Shown: positions 1 through 10,554, counted from the first letter of the stretch. The stretch: DNA of 64,000 nucleotides from Candidatus Hydrogenedentota bacterium (GCA_034669905.1 JAXMOL010000040.1:14411-78410), one strand, 5' to 3'. Numbers and translations: made by a program. The notes: generated from the letters alone by a model not told the origin.

Positions 1-56
1 CCGAAGCCGTCGCACGCAAGTTGGTGGGTGTAGCTCCGCAAAACGAGGCCTGAGCC

Positions 57-1094
57 ATGTTAAACCGCAGGCAGTTTCTGCACCGCTCCACCTTGGGCCT
101 GGGCCTGGCTTCCCTCATGGGCGCCCATCCTTCGCACCCCCCCTGTGCCCCTGTGATCTCAGGAAACCTCTGGTGGTATCACCCTGATTCCTACTCCCTC
201 GACCAATGGGCGACGATGCTGTCCGACCAGCGTGCCCTGGGCTTCGACCTGCTCTGGCTCAGCAATGTCACGTCTGCCCTCGACAGCGACGAGCACCGCG
301 CCCACCTGGTCGGATTGATGGACCGGGCCCACGCCCAGGGATTTCAGGTGCTGCTGGATACGGGCTCTACACCTAATTGGTATGGCCACCGGGATCTCGA
401 CCGCGAACTGGCCTATTGCGGGAACACCCTCGATGCTGTGGCTAAACTGGTGGGGTCACACCCGGCCTTCTACGGCTGGTATATCCCCCATGAAATCTAC
501 ATGAGCTGGGGCGACTTCGCCGCCTATATCGACCGCCTCTACCCCGCACTCGTCCAACGCGCGAAAGCCGCAGTGGATAAACCGGTCACCCTCTCCCCGT
601 TCTTTATCCTGGACCGCGACCAGATATTCGGCACCTTTCAATACAACGAGCCCGACGCCTATGCGGCCTACTGGACCGGGCTCCTCCGCCGCAGCGCCAT
701 CGACATCGTCATGCTGCAAGACAGCGGCGAGCACTTCTCCTACGTGACCAACGCCATGCGGCGCCCCTTCTTCCAGGCCATGCACACCGCGTGTAAGGCC
801 TCCGGTGCCACGCTCTGGGGCAATGTGGAGTGTGCGGAGTTCTTCTGCGAAAGCCCAGAGGCCTACGTGGAAAAATACGGCAAGGTACACCACGCCACCG
901 TGAAAGATGCCCCGTGGCGCATCGTCCCCATGGATCGAATGAAAGAGAAACTGGATTTGGCAGCGGCGTATTCCGAGCGCATCGTCACCTGGGGTTACCA
1001 GCAATTTGGTCGGCCCGCACTCGGCGAGGAAGCCCAGGCCTGGGGAAAGGCCTATCAGGACTATCAGCAGCAGGTGAAGCTGCGCAGCTCATAG
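57..1094 (+). CDS. Tat-exported DUF4434-like glycoside-hydrolase-fold protein
   Basis: Twin-arginine signal MLNRRQFL; motifs FYGWYIPHE, IVMLQDSG and LWGNVE resemble the DUF4434 TIM-barrel family. Confidence 0.65.
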   Translation: MLNRRQFLHRSTLGLGLASLMGAHPSHPPCAPVISGNLWWYHPDSYSLDQWATMLSDQRALGFDLLWLSNVTSALDSDEHRAHLVGLMDRAHAQGFQVLLDTGSTPNWYGHRDLDRELAYCGNTLDAVAKLVGSHPAFYGWYIPHEIYMSWGDFAAYIDRLYPALVQRAKAAVDKPVTLSPFFILDRDQIFGTFQYNEPDAYAAYWTGLLRRSAIDIVMLQDSGEHFSYVTNAMRRPFFQAMHTACKASGATLWGNVECAEFFCESPEAYVEKYGKVHHATVKDAPWRIVPMDRMKEKLDLAAAYSERIVTWGYQQFGRPALGEEAQAWGKAYQDYQQQVKLRSS

Positions 1095-1103
1095 GCCCCT
1101 GAC

Positions 1104-1142
1104 AAAAAAAAGCCCGGCCACCAGAATATTTCCAGTGGCCGG
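1104..1142 (-). terminator. Rho-independent terminator of the PEP-CTERM gene (between convergent genes)
   Basis: Minus strand CCGGCCACTGGA-AATA-TTCTGGTGGCCGG followed by GC and a T8 run. Confidence 0.75.
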
Positions 1143-1180
1143 ACGAGACGCTTTCTAACAGATTCTTGCAGGTCAGTCTA

Positions 1181-1882
1181 TCAGGCGCCCCGGTTCATAC
1201 GACGACGGATCGCCATTCCCGCAACACCCAGACCCAGCAGGGTCATGGTAGCCGGTTCCGGAACAGGAGCCGAGCTACCACTGGCAAAGGCACCGAAGGT
1301 AAAGTCGGGACCAACACCAAGATGATTCCGTACGGATACGGTATTGATTACGTCACCCACGGAAAAGCCGAGTGTCGTCAAATCAAAGACGATCTCGCCG
1401 TGGCTGGGTGCGTAATCTTGAAACAGGGACACACTGGATGCAAATACTCCTGCATCGTACCAGGTCCCTCCATTGAACTGAATGTCCCAACCGGTTCGAC
1501 CGGAATCTGGCGCCCCTGGAAGGCGTCCACTGGATTCATAGAGCACGAACAAGGAACCATCGCCCGCCCCCAACGTCACACCGGTTCCGTAGGTGAGCGT
1601 AAACCAATCAAGTGGGTGCTGATCACCCAGGCTGATATGATCGCCGGGGTCAACGTTGTTGAATTGACCCGCCGCCAATTCACCGAGGGTGAAAAGATCC
1701 ACCCCCGCCGCGTTGTCCCAAAGGTTACCGTGAATGTGTATTTCATTCGTAATACTGGTCGTTACTGCTGCACCAGTAAATTGCCCGAGATCAAACTCGA
1801 AGCCGTTGATATTGACTGCCTGGGCCGCTCCGGAAAGGAGTAACAACCCACACCCCAGACACAGTCGTTGATAGTTCTTCAT
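1181..1882 (-). CDS. PEP-CTERM sorting domain protein
   Basis: Signal peptide MKNYQRLCLGCGLLLLSGAAQA; C-terminus VPEPATMTLLGLGVAGMAIRRRMNRGA; start moved to ATG at 1882. Confidence 0.9.
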   Translation of the reverse strand: MKNYQRLCLGCGLLLLSGAAQAVNINGFEFDLGQFTGAAVTTSITNEIHIHGNLWDNAAGVDLFTLGELAAGQFNNVDPGDHISLGDQHPLDWFTLTYGTGVTLGAGDGSLFVLYESSGRLPGAPDSGRTGWDIQFNGGTWYDAGVFASSVSLFQDYAPSHGEIVFDLTTLGFSVGDVINTVSVRNHLGVGPDFTFGAFASGSSAPVPEPATMTLLGLGVAGMAIRRRMNRGA

Positions 1883-2221
1883 TAATTCAACCCTTTCGCA
1901 TACGCACACTTCATGCGTTGACAAATCTGGCTGTTAATGGTCAGCCCCGTACCCCCGCCCCATGCAGCACCTAGTCGGTGTGGTCTACGTGCTTCCTCTG
2001 CACCCTGCAATGCAGTCGCCTCGCCGCAAACGTCACCCAAGCCCAGCCGTAGTATAGCGAACTGACAGATTTCTGTCAATATAATTCACATCGATTTTCC
2101 GGTTAGGCTATCCGCCGTCCCGGCGAATACCTATTGCACTTTCGCCACCGGGTGTATTAAGGTCTAGCGAGGCCCCGCGGTGGCTCCAAACAACCCCAAA
2201 CGACTGGAGATACTATTAAAA

Positions 2222-3082
2222 ATGAGAAAAATCACCCCGTTATTCGCCCTCCTCTTTGTCCTGACTGCCACCAGCTGCAGCGCCTCCGACTTTGATTCCC
2301 CAGTCGTCAAACGATGGACCAAGATGGAGAAGAACGACCAGGGCGAAATGAAAGAAGTGAAGTACATGACCATCGATGGGATTATGGTCCATGAAGAAGA
2401 TCCCGCGATTCAGCCCCAGCCCCCGGTTGTGACACCCGGGCCCGCGCCGGAAGGCGACGTCATCACCGCCGCCCCCTCCGATGCCATCGTACTTTTTGAT
2501 GGCACCAATCTCCACCAGTGGACCGCAACCGACGGCACGCCCACCAAATGGATACTGAAAGACGGGGCCATGCAGCCCACGGCTGACTCGGGCTACATCC
2601 AGACCAAGGCCGAGTTTGGCTCCTGCCAGCTTCACGTCGAGTTTGCCACGCCCGCCAACGTCGAAGGCGATGGCCAGGGCCGGGGGAACAGCGGTGTCTT
2701 CCTTATGGGGGAATATGAGGTTCAGGTGCTGGACAACTACAACAACACGACCTACCCCGACGGTCAATGTGCGGCCCTCTATGGCCGTATGAAGCCCATG
2801 GTCAACGCCTGCCGCAAGCCCGGCGAGTGGCAGAGCTACGACATCGTCTTTCACCGCCCCCACTTCAAGGACGGTAAAGTTACCAAGCGGGCGACCTTTA
2901 CCGTATTTCACAACGGCATTCTGGTTCACGACAAGGTCGAATTGACCGGCGGCACCGGCTGGGAAGGTGGCAGTTCCATCAGCGAATACGTCGCCCACGG
3001 AGACAAGGGTCCCCTCAAGTTCCAGGACCACGGCAATCCTGTTTCCTTCCGTAATGTTTGGATTCGTGAACTCGAAGACTGA
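2222..3082 (+). CDS. DUF1080 / 3-keto-disaccharide hydrolase family protein, secreted
   Basis: Signal peptide; LFDG, GNSGVF, YEVQVLD, GEWQSYDI and QDHGNPVSFRNVWIREL motifs. Confidence 0.9.
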   Translation: MRKITPLFALLFVLTATSCSASDFDSPVVKRWTKMEKNDQGEMKEVKYMTIDGIMVHEEDPAIQPQPPVVTPGPAPEGDVITAAPSDAIVLFDGTNLHQWTATDGTPTKWILKDGAMQPTADSGYIQTKAEFGSCQLHVEFATPANVEGDGQGRGNSGVFLMGEYEVQVLDNYNNTTYPDGQCAALYGRMKPMVNACRKPGEWQSYDIVFHRPHFKDGKVTKRATFTVFHNGILVHDKVELTGGTGWEGGSSISEYVAHGDKGPLKFQDHGNPVSFRNVWIRELED

Positions 3083-3107
3083 GCAAGCCAAGTTGACATA
3101 ATTCACC

Positions 3108-3144
3108 ACCCGGTAAGCGGCATGCTGCTTACCGGGTATCTTTT
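3108..3144 (+). terminator. Terminator-like hairpin after the DUF1080 gene
   Basis: Near-perfect palindrome ACCCGGTAAGCGGCATGCTGCTTACCGGGT followed by ATCTTTT. Confidence 0.6.
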
Positions 3145-3179
3145 AGACTCCACGACCTACACGACACAAAGGAATTGAT

Positions 3180-4031
3180 ATGACGGGCGCGCAGATGAGA
3201 GAAAAACTTCAATCCGGGGAACGGGTCTACGGCACCCATATCGTGAGCCTGATGAACCCCCTGGCAGCCGCGATCGCCACTGGTCTGGAACTCGACTTCG
3301 CTTTTTTCTGCACCGAGCACATGCCTATCGATCGGACCGAGACCGCCATGCTCTGCCAGTTTTACAAGGCCCACGGCATCTCCCCCATCGTCCGCGTGCC
3401 CGACCCCAACCCCACGGCCATCTGCATGGCCACCGATGCGGGTGCGGAAGGCATCGTCGTGCCCTATGTGGAAACCCTTGAGGAAGTACAGCGCATCGTG
3501 GCGGCGGTCAAGCATCGCCCCATAAAGGGCAAGCTACGTGATGACGTCCTTGCCGGAAAGGCCAGCTATACGCCCAAGCTGGAGCGTTTTCTGGAAGACT
3601 TCAACAAAGATCAGTACGTCATCATCGGCGTGGAAAGTGTGGCGGCCATCGAGAACCTCGATGCCCTCATCACAAATACCGGGGTGGATGGCGTCTTCCT
3701 CGGACCCCATGATATTACGACGTCCATGGGTATCCCGGAGGAGTACGACAACCCACGCTTCGTCGACGCTATTCTGGATGTAATCCGCCGCTGCCGTGCC
3801 CAGCAGATCGGCGTGGGCCTGCACTTCAAACTGCTCCAGCTGCAAGATGACATCTTGCAGCGCCTACTCGACGCCGGAATGAATTGGATTCTCAACGGGT
3901 CGGACGTTACGATCCTGCGGGACACCATGAACGCCCAATTGGGTCAGATTCGCGGCATGGCAGGCGATGCCCCCTATGGTACCGAAAAGACGACGGCAGC
4001 AGAACGGAGTGACAAAACCTGCATCGAATAG
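3180..4031 (+). CDS. HpcH/HpaI aldolase family protein
   Basis: CTEH, VRVP, DAGAEGIVVPYVET, VES and DGVFLGPHDI motifs. Confidence 0.85.
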   Translation: MTGAQMREKLQSGERVYGTHIVSLMNPLAAAIATGLELDFAFFCTEHMPIDRTETAMLCQFYKAHGISPIVRVPDPNPTAICMATDAGAEGIVVPYVETLEEVQRIVAAVKHRPIKGKLRDDVLAGKASYTPKLERFLEDFNKDQYVIIGVESVAAIENLDALITNTGVDGVFLGPHDITTSMGIPEEYDNPRFVDAILDVIRRCRAQQIGVGLHFKLLQLQDDILQRLLDAGMNWILNGSDVTILRDTMNAQLGQIRGMAGDAPYGTEKTTAAERSDKTCIE

Positions 4032-4044
4032 GGCGGAACGATAC

Positions 4045-5124
4045 TCAGAGCCACCGTCGTTTTCGGAAGTAGAGCACCATCCCGATGGTCATCGTCATCA
4101 TCAAGCCCCAGACGCCAAGATAGCTCCACCGCCAATGCAGTTCCGGCATGTGCTCAAAATTCATGCCGTAGACTCCCACCACAAAGGTGAGCGGAATGAA
4201 GATAGTCGCGATGATGGTGAGTACCTTCATGACCTCATTCATGCGGTTGCTCACACTCGACAGGTAGATATCGTGCATGCTGCTGAGGATGTCGCGGAAG
4301 GTCTCTACCATGTCGACCACCCGGATGGTGTGGTCATAGACATCGCGCAGGTAAACCCGGGTCTCCGATTGGATGAGCGGAGACTCGGTCTTGAGAATCG
4401 CCGATATCTCTTCGCGCAGTGGCCACACCGACTTCCGCAGGAACAGGATCTCCCGCTTCAACCGGTGAATTTCCTGCATATGCTCCGGCTCCGGACGAAG
4501 TACGATTTCGTCTTCCACCTGCTCGATATAATCTCCGATGCCCTCCAGCGCCACAAAGTAGGCATCGACGATGGCGTCCATCAAGGCGTAGGCCAGATAG
4601 TCCGCCCCCATTCGCCGGACGCGCCCCTTTGCCGTGCGGATGCGATCCCGAATCGGATCGAAGGCATCGCCATCCCGCTCCTGGAAGGAGATGACGAAGC
4701 CGGCACCGAAGACCATACTCACCGTTTCAATATTAATCTCGTGGCTGTCTTCGTGATAGGTGATCATCTTCAATACCACGAAAAAGTAGTCGTCGAATTC
4801 CTCCGCCTTGGGACGCTGGGAGGTATTCACGATATCTTCCAGCGTCAGGGGGTGGATACCGAATCGCCGCCCCAGATCTCCGATGAGCTCCACGTCGTGA
4901 ATGCCAAACACATTAACCCACGTGACCCCGTCTTTTACCGGCACGCAGTCTTGAAGCGCCGCCCCATTGATCACGTTGACATAATCGTTGGCGAACTTGA
5001 CGACTTCGATCTGGGTTTCCTGTTGTTTCCGCTCACCGATGAATACCGGCGTGCCCGGAGAAAGCCCCGCTTTGTCACTGAAGAGGGACTCGCCCCGGTG
5101 CTTTCTATGTCGACGACGCTTCAT
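4045..5124 (-). CDS. corA: Magnesium/cobalt transporter CorA
   Basis: HPLTLEDI, QRPK, MNEVMKVLT and YGMNFEHMPEL signature; start taken at MKRRRH (5124). Confidence 0.95.
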   Translation of the reverse strand: MKRRRHRKHRGESLFSDKAGLSPGTPVFIGERKQQETQIEVVKFANDYVNVINGAALQDCVPVKDGVTWVNVFGIHDVELIGDLGRRFGIHPLTLEDIVNTSQRPKAEEFDDYFFVVLKMITYHEDSHEINIETVSMVFGAGFVISFQERDGDAFDPIRDRIRTAKGRVRRMGADYLAYALMDAIVDAYFVALEGIGDYIEQVEDEIVLRPEPEHMQEIHRLKREILFLRKSVWPLREEISAILKTESPLIQSETRVYLRDVYDHTIRVVDMVETFRDILSSMHDIYLSSVSNRMNEVMKVLTIIATIFIPLTFVVGVYGMNFEHMPELHWRWSYLGVWGLMMTMTIGMVLYFRKRRWL

Positions 5125-5158
5125 AGCGGTTCTTTCTTCCGGTTCGCCAAATCGCTTG

Positions 5159-6682
5159 CTATTCCAGCGCCTTAAGCACCTCGGCCGCTTTACGCTCATA
5201 GAGATCCTGCCAGGCGGGATCCAGCAGGCATTCCGTGACTTCATAGCCGCCCATCGCATATTCCGAGGCCGGTGGGCCGTAGTGAATGTAGCCGTTGGAA
5301 TAGGCCGCCACAAAGGTGTGCTCAAAGGGGGACGCGTTCTTCACATTCATCCCGACGGTAGAGAGCATCTCGGTCGGTGACGAGACCAGGACAAAGTCAC
5401 CGATGCGAATTCCCTGCACCTCGGTGTCCACCGTTTCCTCGCCCGAATCGTCATTAATCTTCTGATGCCGACGGAGCGTTGCGATTTTGTCCTGTATCCG
5501 CGCGAGCTTCTCCATGGACTGGATATTGCGCACATACTTGGCCAGGTGGGAGCGGTTCTGGTTGTCGATATTCGTGAACTCATCTTCGCCGATAGATTCC
5601 GACTGGAGATAGCGGTATTTGTAGTCCAGGGGATGCTCGGGATCCATCAGGTGGCGGACATAGAGGGGTACGAAGGTCTTCAGATTCAGGCTCGTTCCCC
5701 GCAGGGATTTCAGGAGACTCGCCTGCTCGGCTTCCAGTTCGGCCACCCGTTCATCAAAGTCGGCCTTACGGGGCAGGGGCAGCGCCTGATTGACAACGCG
5801 CAGTCCCGCGGGCTTGGTCTCAATGGCCCGAACCGCCTTCAGCGTCGTCAACCCCAGGATACGCCCCTCAGGTGCTGAGTCCCGAGCGCGATTGACGTCT
5901 TTGTAAAGAATGGGCGTAATGTCTCCACCCGCGCCTTGTAAGAAGATCGCCATGGCCCCCGGCAGATTTTCCTCGATGGCCTGGGACGCGAAGCCGGGAA
6001 AGTCAGCGGTCACCCCGCCTTCCGGCACCGTCACGTAGGGATGGCAGGCAAAGTTATAGACCACCGCCAGGGGCGAGCCATCTTCCTTATCCAAACGAAG
6101 AATACCAATTTCCGTGTCCACCGGCCCCACACTCTCTACCACATTGTCCGGAGGCGACGGATTGCTGTGCCGAATGGTCCAGCCCGTGCCATCACTCAGG
6201 CGCAGGGTGCGGTTCATGGAGATTCGCGCTTCATCGCCCGAGCCCGCTCCCGCCGTAACAGGCACCATCCCTTCCCGGGCACGTTTGACCGCATCAAAGG
6301 TGCGGGCTACTTGCTCTTCATGGGAACATAGGAAATTGAGCGGGGGGTGATTGTGGGAGGCATTGACCAATACGTGCTTTCCGGGAATCCCCAGCTCGCC
6401 TTCAATTCGTGCGCGAAGCTCGGGCAAGAAAGCATCGGTCACTTCGCCGATTCCACCGATAGCGGTCACGTCCATGCCGATAATTACCGCCTGGGTGCTG
6501 CCATCGTCCAACACGAGGACCTTCGAATAAACGGGATCATTGATGCGTAGCCCTTCTTCGACCCGGGAGATGTCACTCTTGGCCACCCCCGCACGCAAGG
6601 TATCTGCCCATACGGTCGAGACGGACACCACTAAAAACGTCAGGCACGTAGCGACGTGCAACACCCGAAAAAGCATGTTCAT
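5159..6682 (-). CDS. Neutral/alkaline ceramidase-like secreted amidohydrolase
   Basis: Signal peptide; LRAGVAKSDI, NASHNH, NFACHP, FLQGAGGDI and YSNGYIHY motifs; GGAGGA RBS before ATG 6682. Confidence 0.7.
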   Translation of the reverse strand: MNMLFRVLHVATCLTFLVVSVSTVWADTLRAGVAKSDISRVEEGLRINDPVYSKVLVLDDGSTQAVIIGMDVTAIGGIGEVTDAFLPELRARIEGELGIPGKHVLVNASHNHPPLNFLCSHEEQVARTFDAVKRAREGMVPVTAGAGSGDEARISMNRTLRLSDGTGWTIRHSNPSPPDNVVESVGPVDTEIGILRLDKEDGSPLAVVYNFACHPYVTVPEGGVTADFPGFASQAIEENLPGAMAIFLQGAGGDITPILYKDVNRARDSAPEGRILGLTTLKAVRAIETKPAGLRVVNQALPLPRKADFDERVAELEAEQASLLKSLRGTSLNLKTFVPLYVRHLMDPEHPLDYKYRYLQSESIGEDEFTNIDNQNRSHLAKYVRNIQSMEKLARIQDKIATLRRHQKINDDSGEETVDTEVQGIRIGDFVLVSSPTEMLSTVGMNVKNASPFEHTFVAAYSNGYIHYGPPASEYAMGGYEVTECLLDPAWQDLYERKAAEVLKALE

Positions 6683-6862
6683 TAATCCTCCTGGTAAGAC
6701 GGAAAGCCATTCTCCCTGCGAGGGGCCAGTGTACGGGCAGGAAGACAACCGGTTCAACTGGCAGGCAGGGCCTTTCGCTCGAACTCCTCGGCACGCGCGC
6801 CTTGAAGAATTCATGCATTGGTTCTAGAATGAATACCAGTAATTAATAGAAGGATTCCCCCC

Positions 6863-8002
6863 ATGAAATTCACGCTGATTACCTTCATCCTTATCCTAGC
6901 GGGAGCCACCGCCGTGCACGCCCAACCCCAGACACTGAGTCATTTATTTCAACTTCGAGACGCAAAGACCCGATCGATCAGTCCGGAAAACCTCACGGGC
7001 GCCAAGGGCCAGGGTGGGAAGACCCCGGTCGAAGAAGGCACCGCCCACCGTGCCGCCCGGGAGCTCGGAACCGGTTGGAAGGTCAACCCCTACATCCATA
7101 TCGAACCGGGAACAACCTTCACCTTGGGTGAAATTACCGGGTCCGGCATAATTAACCACATCTGGCTCACACCGGTAGGCACCTATCGCGACTTGATCCT
7201 TCGTTTTTACTGGGACGATGAGACAGAAGCCTCGGTAGAAGTTCCCGTGGGCGATTTTTTTGCCTCGGGCTGGGGCATGGGGAACGAACCGCGCATCAGT
7301 TCCCTCGCTGTCTGTGTAAATCCCCGCAGTGGCTTTAATTCCTATTGGCAGATGCCCTTTAGAAAAGGCGCCCGGGTCACGATGGAAAACCGCGCCGATA
7401 AAAAAGCCACCATCTACTACCAGATTGACTATTCCTTAGAGGCGGTACCGGAGAACACGCCCTACTTCCATGCCCAGTTTCGCCGCACCAACCCTCTTCC
7501 CTCCAAGGAAGTCTTTACCATTGTAGATGGCATTCAGGGGCGGGGGAACTATGTGGGCACGTCCCTGTCCCATGGTGCCAATAGCCCTGGCTGGTGGGGT
7601 GAAGGGGAAATCAAGTTCTACCTGGACGGGGATGACGCCTATCCGACCATTTGTGGCACGGGTGAGGAAGACTACTTCTGCGGTTCCTATGGCTACGGCG
7701 AGCATACGGTCGACGGAAAAGACGTCTATGAGGACTTCACCACGCCCTATGGCGGTTTCTATCATGTGGCCAACTATGAAGGTGCCCAGCGTCGTTTCGG
7801 GCAGTACCGCTGGCACATCACCGACCCCATCCGCTTTGAGAAAGACCTGCGAATTACCATTCAAAGCCTCGGCTGGCAGAGCGAGGGCCGCTATCTTCCG
7901 CTGGAAGACGACCTGGCATCCGTCGCCTATTGGTATCAACTGGAACCCCATGCCCCCTTCCCCAACCTGCCCGACCGGGAAGCACTCCGCATTACAGACT
8001 AA
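6863..8002 (+). CDS. Glycoside hydrolase family 172 (DUF2961) protein
   Basis: RSISPENLTG, VPVGDFF, NSYWQMPF, WWGEGE, GTGEEDYF and YRWHITDPIRF motifs; signal peptide. Confidence 0.9.
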   Translation: MKFTLITFILILAGATAVHAQPQTLSHLFQLRDAKTRSISPENLTGAKGQGGKTPVEEGTAHRAARELGTGWKVNPYIHIEPGTTFTLGEITGSGIINHIWLTPVGTYRDLILRFYWDDETEASVEVPVGDFFASGWGMGNEPRISSLAVCVNPRSGFNSYWQMPFRKGARVTMENRADKKATIYYQIDYSLEAVPENTPYFHAQFRRTNPLPSKEVFTIVDGIQGRGNYVGTSLSHGANSPGWWGEGEIKFYLDGDDAYPTICGTGEEDYFCGSYGYGEHTVDGKDVYEDFTTPYGGFYHVANYEGAQRRFGQYRWHITDPIRFEKDLRITIQSLGWQSEGRYLPLEDDLASVAYWYQLEPHAPFPNLPDREALRITD

Positions 8003-8104
8003 ACCGGAAGGAGCCCCTTCCCATGGACCTTGAGACGGGTCCTATGGAAATGGGCGCGTGCGACACACGGCCGCACGCGCCCACCAATTTCTGCTGCAAT
8101 TGGG

Positions 8105-8449
8105 TCAGACCACGCCAACCACCTGTTTTTTATCAAGCAAGAGTTGAATCACGTTTTTCTTGTAACGCACTTCCACCTTTATCTTCTTGGCATACTTCGG
8201 TGCCTGCTTTTTCACGTCCGCCAGCGATGTTATTTTCTTATCTTCCAGTATCTCCGCGACACGATCCTCAAAGGCCCCTATCGCAAGCGGTGCACTCTTC
8301 CCCGACTGCGTCCTTTTCTTCTTATCGAGCTCATTGAAGAAACGCTGAATCTTTTCTACGTCAGCCCCTTCCTTCTGCAGCATCTTCGAAACCTTCGACC
8401 GTTTGCTGCCATAAAGCCACTTGTACCCGGTGCCGCTGATTTTCGCCAT
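8105..8449 (-). CDS. Small Lys-rich hypothetical protein
   Basis: 114-aa ORF filling the gap, with a purine-rich RBS (GGAAAGGA) before ATG 8449; AT-richer than neighbours; no family recognised. Confidence 0.55.
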   Translation of the reverse strand: MAKISGTGYKWLYGSKRSKVSKMLQKEGADVEKIQRFFNELDKKKRTQSGKSAPLAIGAFEDRVAEILEDKKITSLADVKKQAPKYAKKIKVEVRYKKNVIQLLLDKKQVVGVV

Positions 8450-8662
8450 TCGATTTCCTTTCCTGCAAAACACTATTCCGTATTATACCGCTGATAGTCT
8501 TAGTATACTTTCTATTTTGCCATACAAATCCGGCATGGTCCAATTCCGCCCTCCACAATACCCGCCGCTCCCATGGCGAACGACTCGCACAAGACGGGGG
8601 CCCACGTGTTAGAATCAACGAAACTGGACGAACCCCACATCCCCAAGGGACGAGGTATCAAC

Positions 8663-9064
8663 ATGGCCGAGAAAATCACCAAGACCGATGCAGAATGGCA
8701 GGAATCCCTGACCCCGGAGCAATTCCATGTCACCCGCGAAAAGGGCACCGAACGGGCCTTCACCGGCGCGTATCACGATGAAAAGCGCCCCGGAACCTAT
8801 CATTGTGTGGCCTGTGGACAGCCCCTCTTCGACGCCGCACACAAGTTCGATTCCGGCACAGGATGGCCCAGCTACTACCAGCCAATTGCCCCGGAAAACG
8901 TGGAGACCGAGGACGATACCAAGTTCGGCATGAGCCGTACGGAGGTGCATTGCAGCCGTTGTGACAGCCATCTGGGCCATGTCTTTCCCGATGGTCCGGC
9001 CCCTACCGGTCAGCGCTACTGCATCAACTCCGCCTCCCTGAAACTGGAAGCGCGAAACGAATAG
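8663..9064 (+). CDS. msrB: Peptide-methionine (R)-S-oxide reductase MsrB
   Basis: [31 protein letters not shown] and RYCINS motifs; GAGG RBS before ATG 8663. Confidence 0.97.
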   Translation: MAEKITKTDAEWQESLTPEQFHVTREKGTERAFTGAYHDEKRPGTYHCVACGQPLFDAAHKFDSGTGWPSYYQPIAPENVETEDDTKFGMSRTEVHCSRCDSHLGHVFPDGPAPTGQRYCINSASLKLEARNE

Positions 9065-9177
9065 ACGGCAGGAAATATGCCCGACCTGTTAACCAATCGG
9101 GACGACTTATCGTTTCCCTTACGTAGTCCCATGTTTTATCTCTTCACACGAAGACAGCATTTTTGAAAGTCCGTCTC

Positions 9178-9573
9178 ATGAAGTCAAACAGTGGATTCAC
9201 CCTCATTGAGCTCATTCTCGTTACGGTTATCATCGGTATACTGGCGGGCATGGTGGTCGTTACCTTCGGCGGGCGCGTCCAGGAATCCCAGTTCCGCGCG
9301 GCCAAAGGCGACATCGCAAGCCTCTCTGGCGCCATCGACCTCTATGCCCTGGACCACAATGATGTCTATCCACCTGGATTGGAGGCGCTGACGGCCGCCG
9401 TAAATGGCAAGCGCAACTATGTCAAAGAGCTTCGCAATGACCCCTGGGGCAACCCCTATCTCTACAAACCCGCGACCAGTGCACTCAAAGCGGACTATCA
9501 GGTCTGGTCATCGGGGCCCGATGGTATCCCCGGCAATGAAGATGACGTGACGAGTGCGTCCAAACTGGAGTAG
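9178..9573 (+). CDS. gspG: Type II secretion major pseudopilin GspG
   Basis: Prepilin motif GFTLIEL; DPWGNPY and SSGPDG..GNEDD C-terminal motifs. Confidence 0.9.
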   Translation: MKSNSGFTLIELILVTVIIGILAGMVVVTFGGRVQESQFRAAKGDIASLSGAIDLYALDHNDVYPPGLEALTAAVNGKRNYVKELRNDPWGNPYLYKPATSALKADYQVWSSGPDGIPGNEDDVTSASKLE

Positions 9574-9577
9574 GCGT

Positions 9578-10090
9578 ATGACCCACGCATCCGGCGGACA
9601 CCGGGGCTTTAGCTTCCTCGAGTTGCTGGTCGTGGTGAGTATTCTGGCCGTACTTACGGCCGCCATCGTACCCCTTTACGGCATCTCCGTCCGCTCCCTT
9701 CAACAGCGCAGCGTCCGCGGAGACTTCGTCGCCACCCTCTATTTCCTTCAGGAACTGTCCATACAGCAATCCCGGGAATTGCGCCTGTTTATTGACCCCG
9801 AAGAAAACACATGGTCGGCCCACGGCTGGATCTCGGGCATGGGGGAAGACAAAGTTTTTGCCCCCCTGACGGTCAATGCCCTGGGGGAAAAGCACTATTT
9901 TCCAGACACCCTTCCGGTCCAGCGTCTCCGAGGTCAGACCGCCCGTGGTCAGAAAACGCCCTACATCACCTTCTATCCGAACGGAGCATGTGACAACGCG
10001 GAACTCCGGTTTGGCCCCACGAACAGCAATCGCCCTCTGATGACCATCGAAACGACGGGCACCCTCGGCGGGGTGGTGGTATCACCATGA
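9578..10090 (+). CDS. Minor pseudopilin, GspH-like
   Basis: Prepilin motif GFSFLELL; ITFYPNG motif; follows gspG. Confidence 0.75.
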   Translation: MTHASGGHRGFSFLELLVVVSILAVLTAAIVPLYGISVRSLQQRSVRGDFVATLYFLQELSIQQSRELRLFIDPEENTWSAHGWISGMGEDKVFAPLTVNALGEKHYFPDTLPVQRLRGQTARGQKTPYITFYPNGACDNAELRFGPTNSNRPLMTIETTGTLGGVVVSP

Positions 10091-10554
10091 GAACGCGGCG
10101 CCGGGGCTATATACTCGTAGAAACCATTACGGCCATGGCCATCCTCAGTGTAACGGCGATCACCGTGCAGCGGGCCCTCCACGTCGCCGTTGAAGCCCGC
10201 GGCCTGGCCCGGGACTACAGCACGGCCCAATTTCTCCTTGACAATCTGGTCGCTGAAAAGCGCCTTCAACCCCGCCTGCGCGCGGGGGATGGCGATTCCG
10301 GCACCTTCCCTCCCCCCAACGAACGATTCCAGTACCGTTGGCGTCTGGAAGAAGTCTCCCTGCCCCTTCCCGAGTTTCCGGCCCACTACACGGCAGAGCA
10401 GATTACGGCGACCCAGGCGTCCTTCCTGGGGCATATGGGACGCCTGGAGGTAACGATCACCTGGACGCGGGCGGGCGAACCCAACCAGATTGTGGCCGAA
10501 ACCCTCTTGAGCCCCGATCAGGTCTGGCGTGAAGTCGATGGGGGGACGCCATGA
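10087..10554 (+). CDS. Minor pseudopilin, GspI-like
   Basis: Prepilin-like GYILVET; F.Y.W and V.I.W beta motifs; ATGA overlap with previous gene. Confidence 0.7.
   Translation: MRTRRRGYILVETITAMAILSVTAITVQRALHVAVEARGLARDYSTAQFLLDNLVAEKRLQPRLRAGDGDSGTFPPPNERFQYRWRLEEVSLPLPEFPAHYTAEQITATQASFLGHMGRLEVTITWTRAGEPNQIVAETLLSPDQVWREVDGGTP

Noticed and set aside
6745..6756. AACCGGTT palindrome as a LacI-type operator in the divergent ceramidase/GH172 gap
   Set aside because: Only an 8-bp core without matching flanks; compatible with chance.
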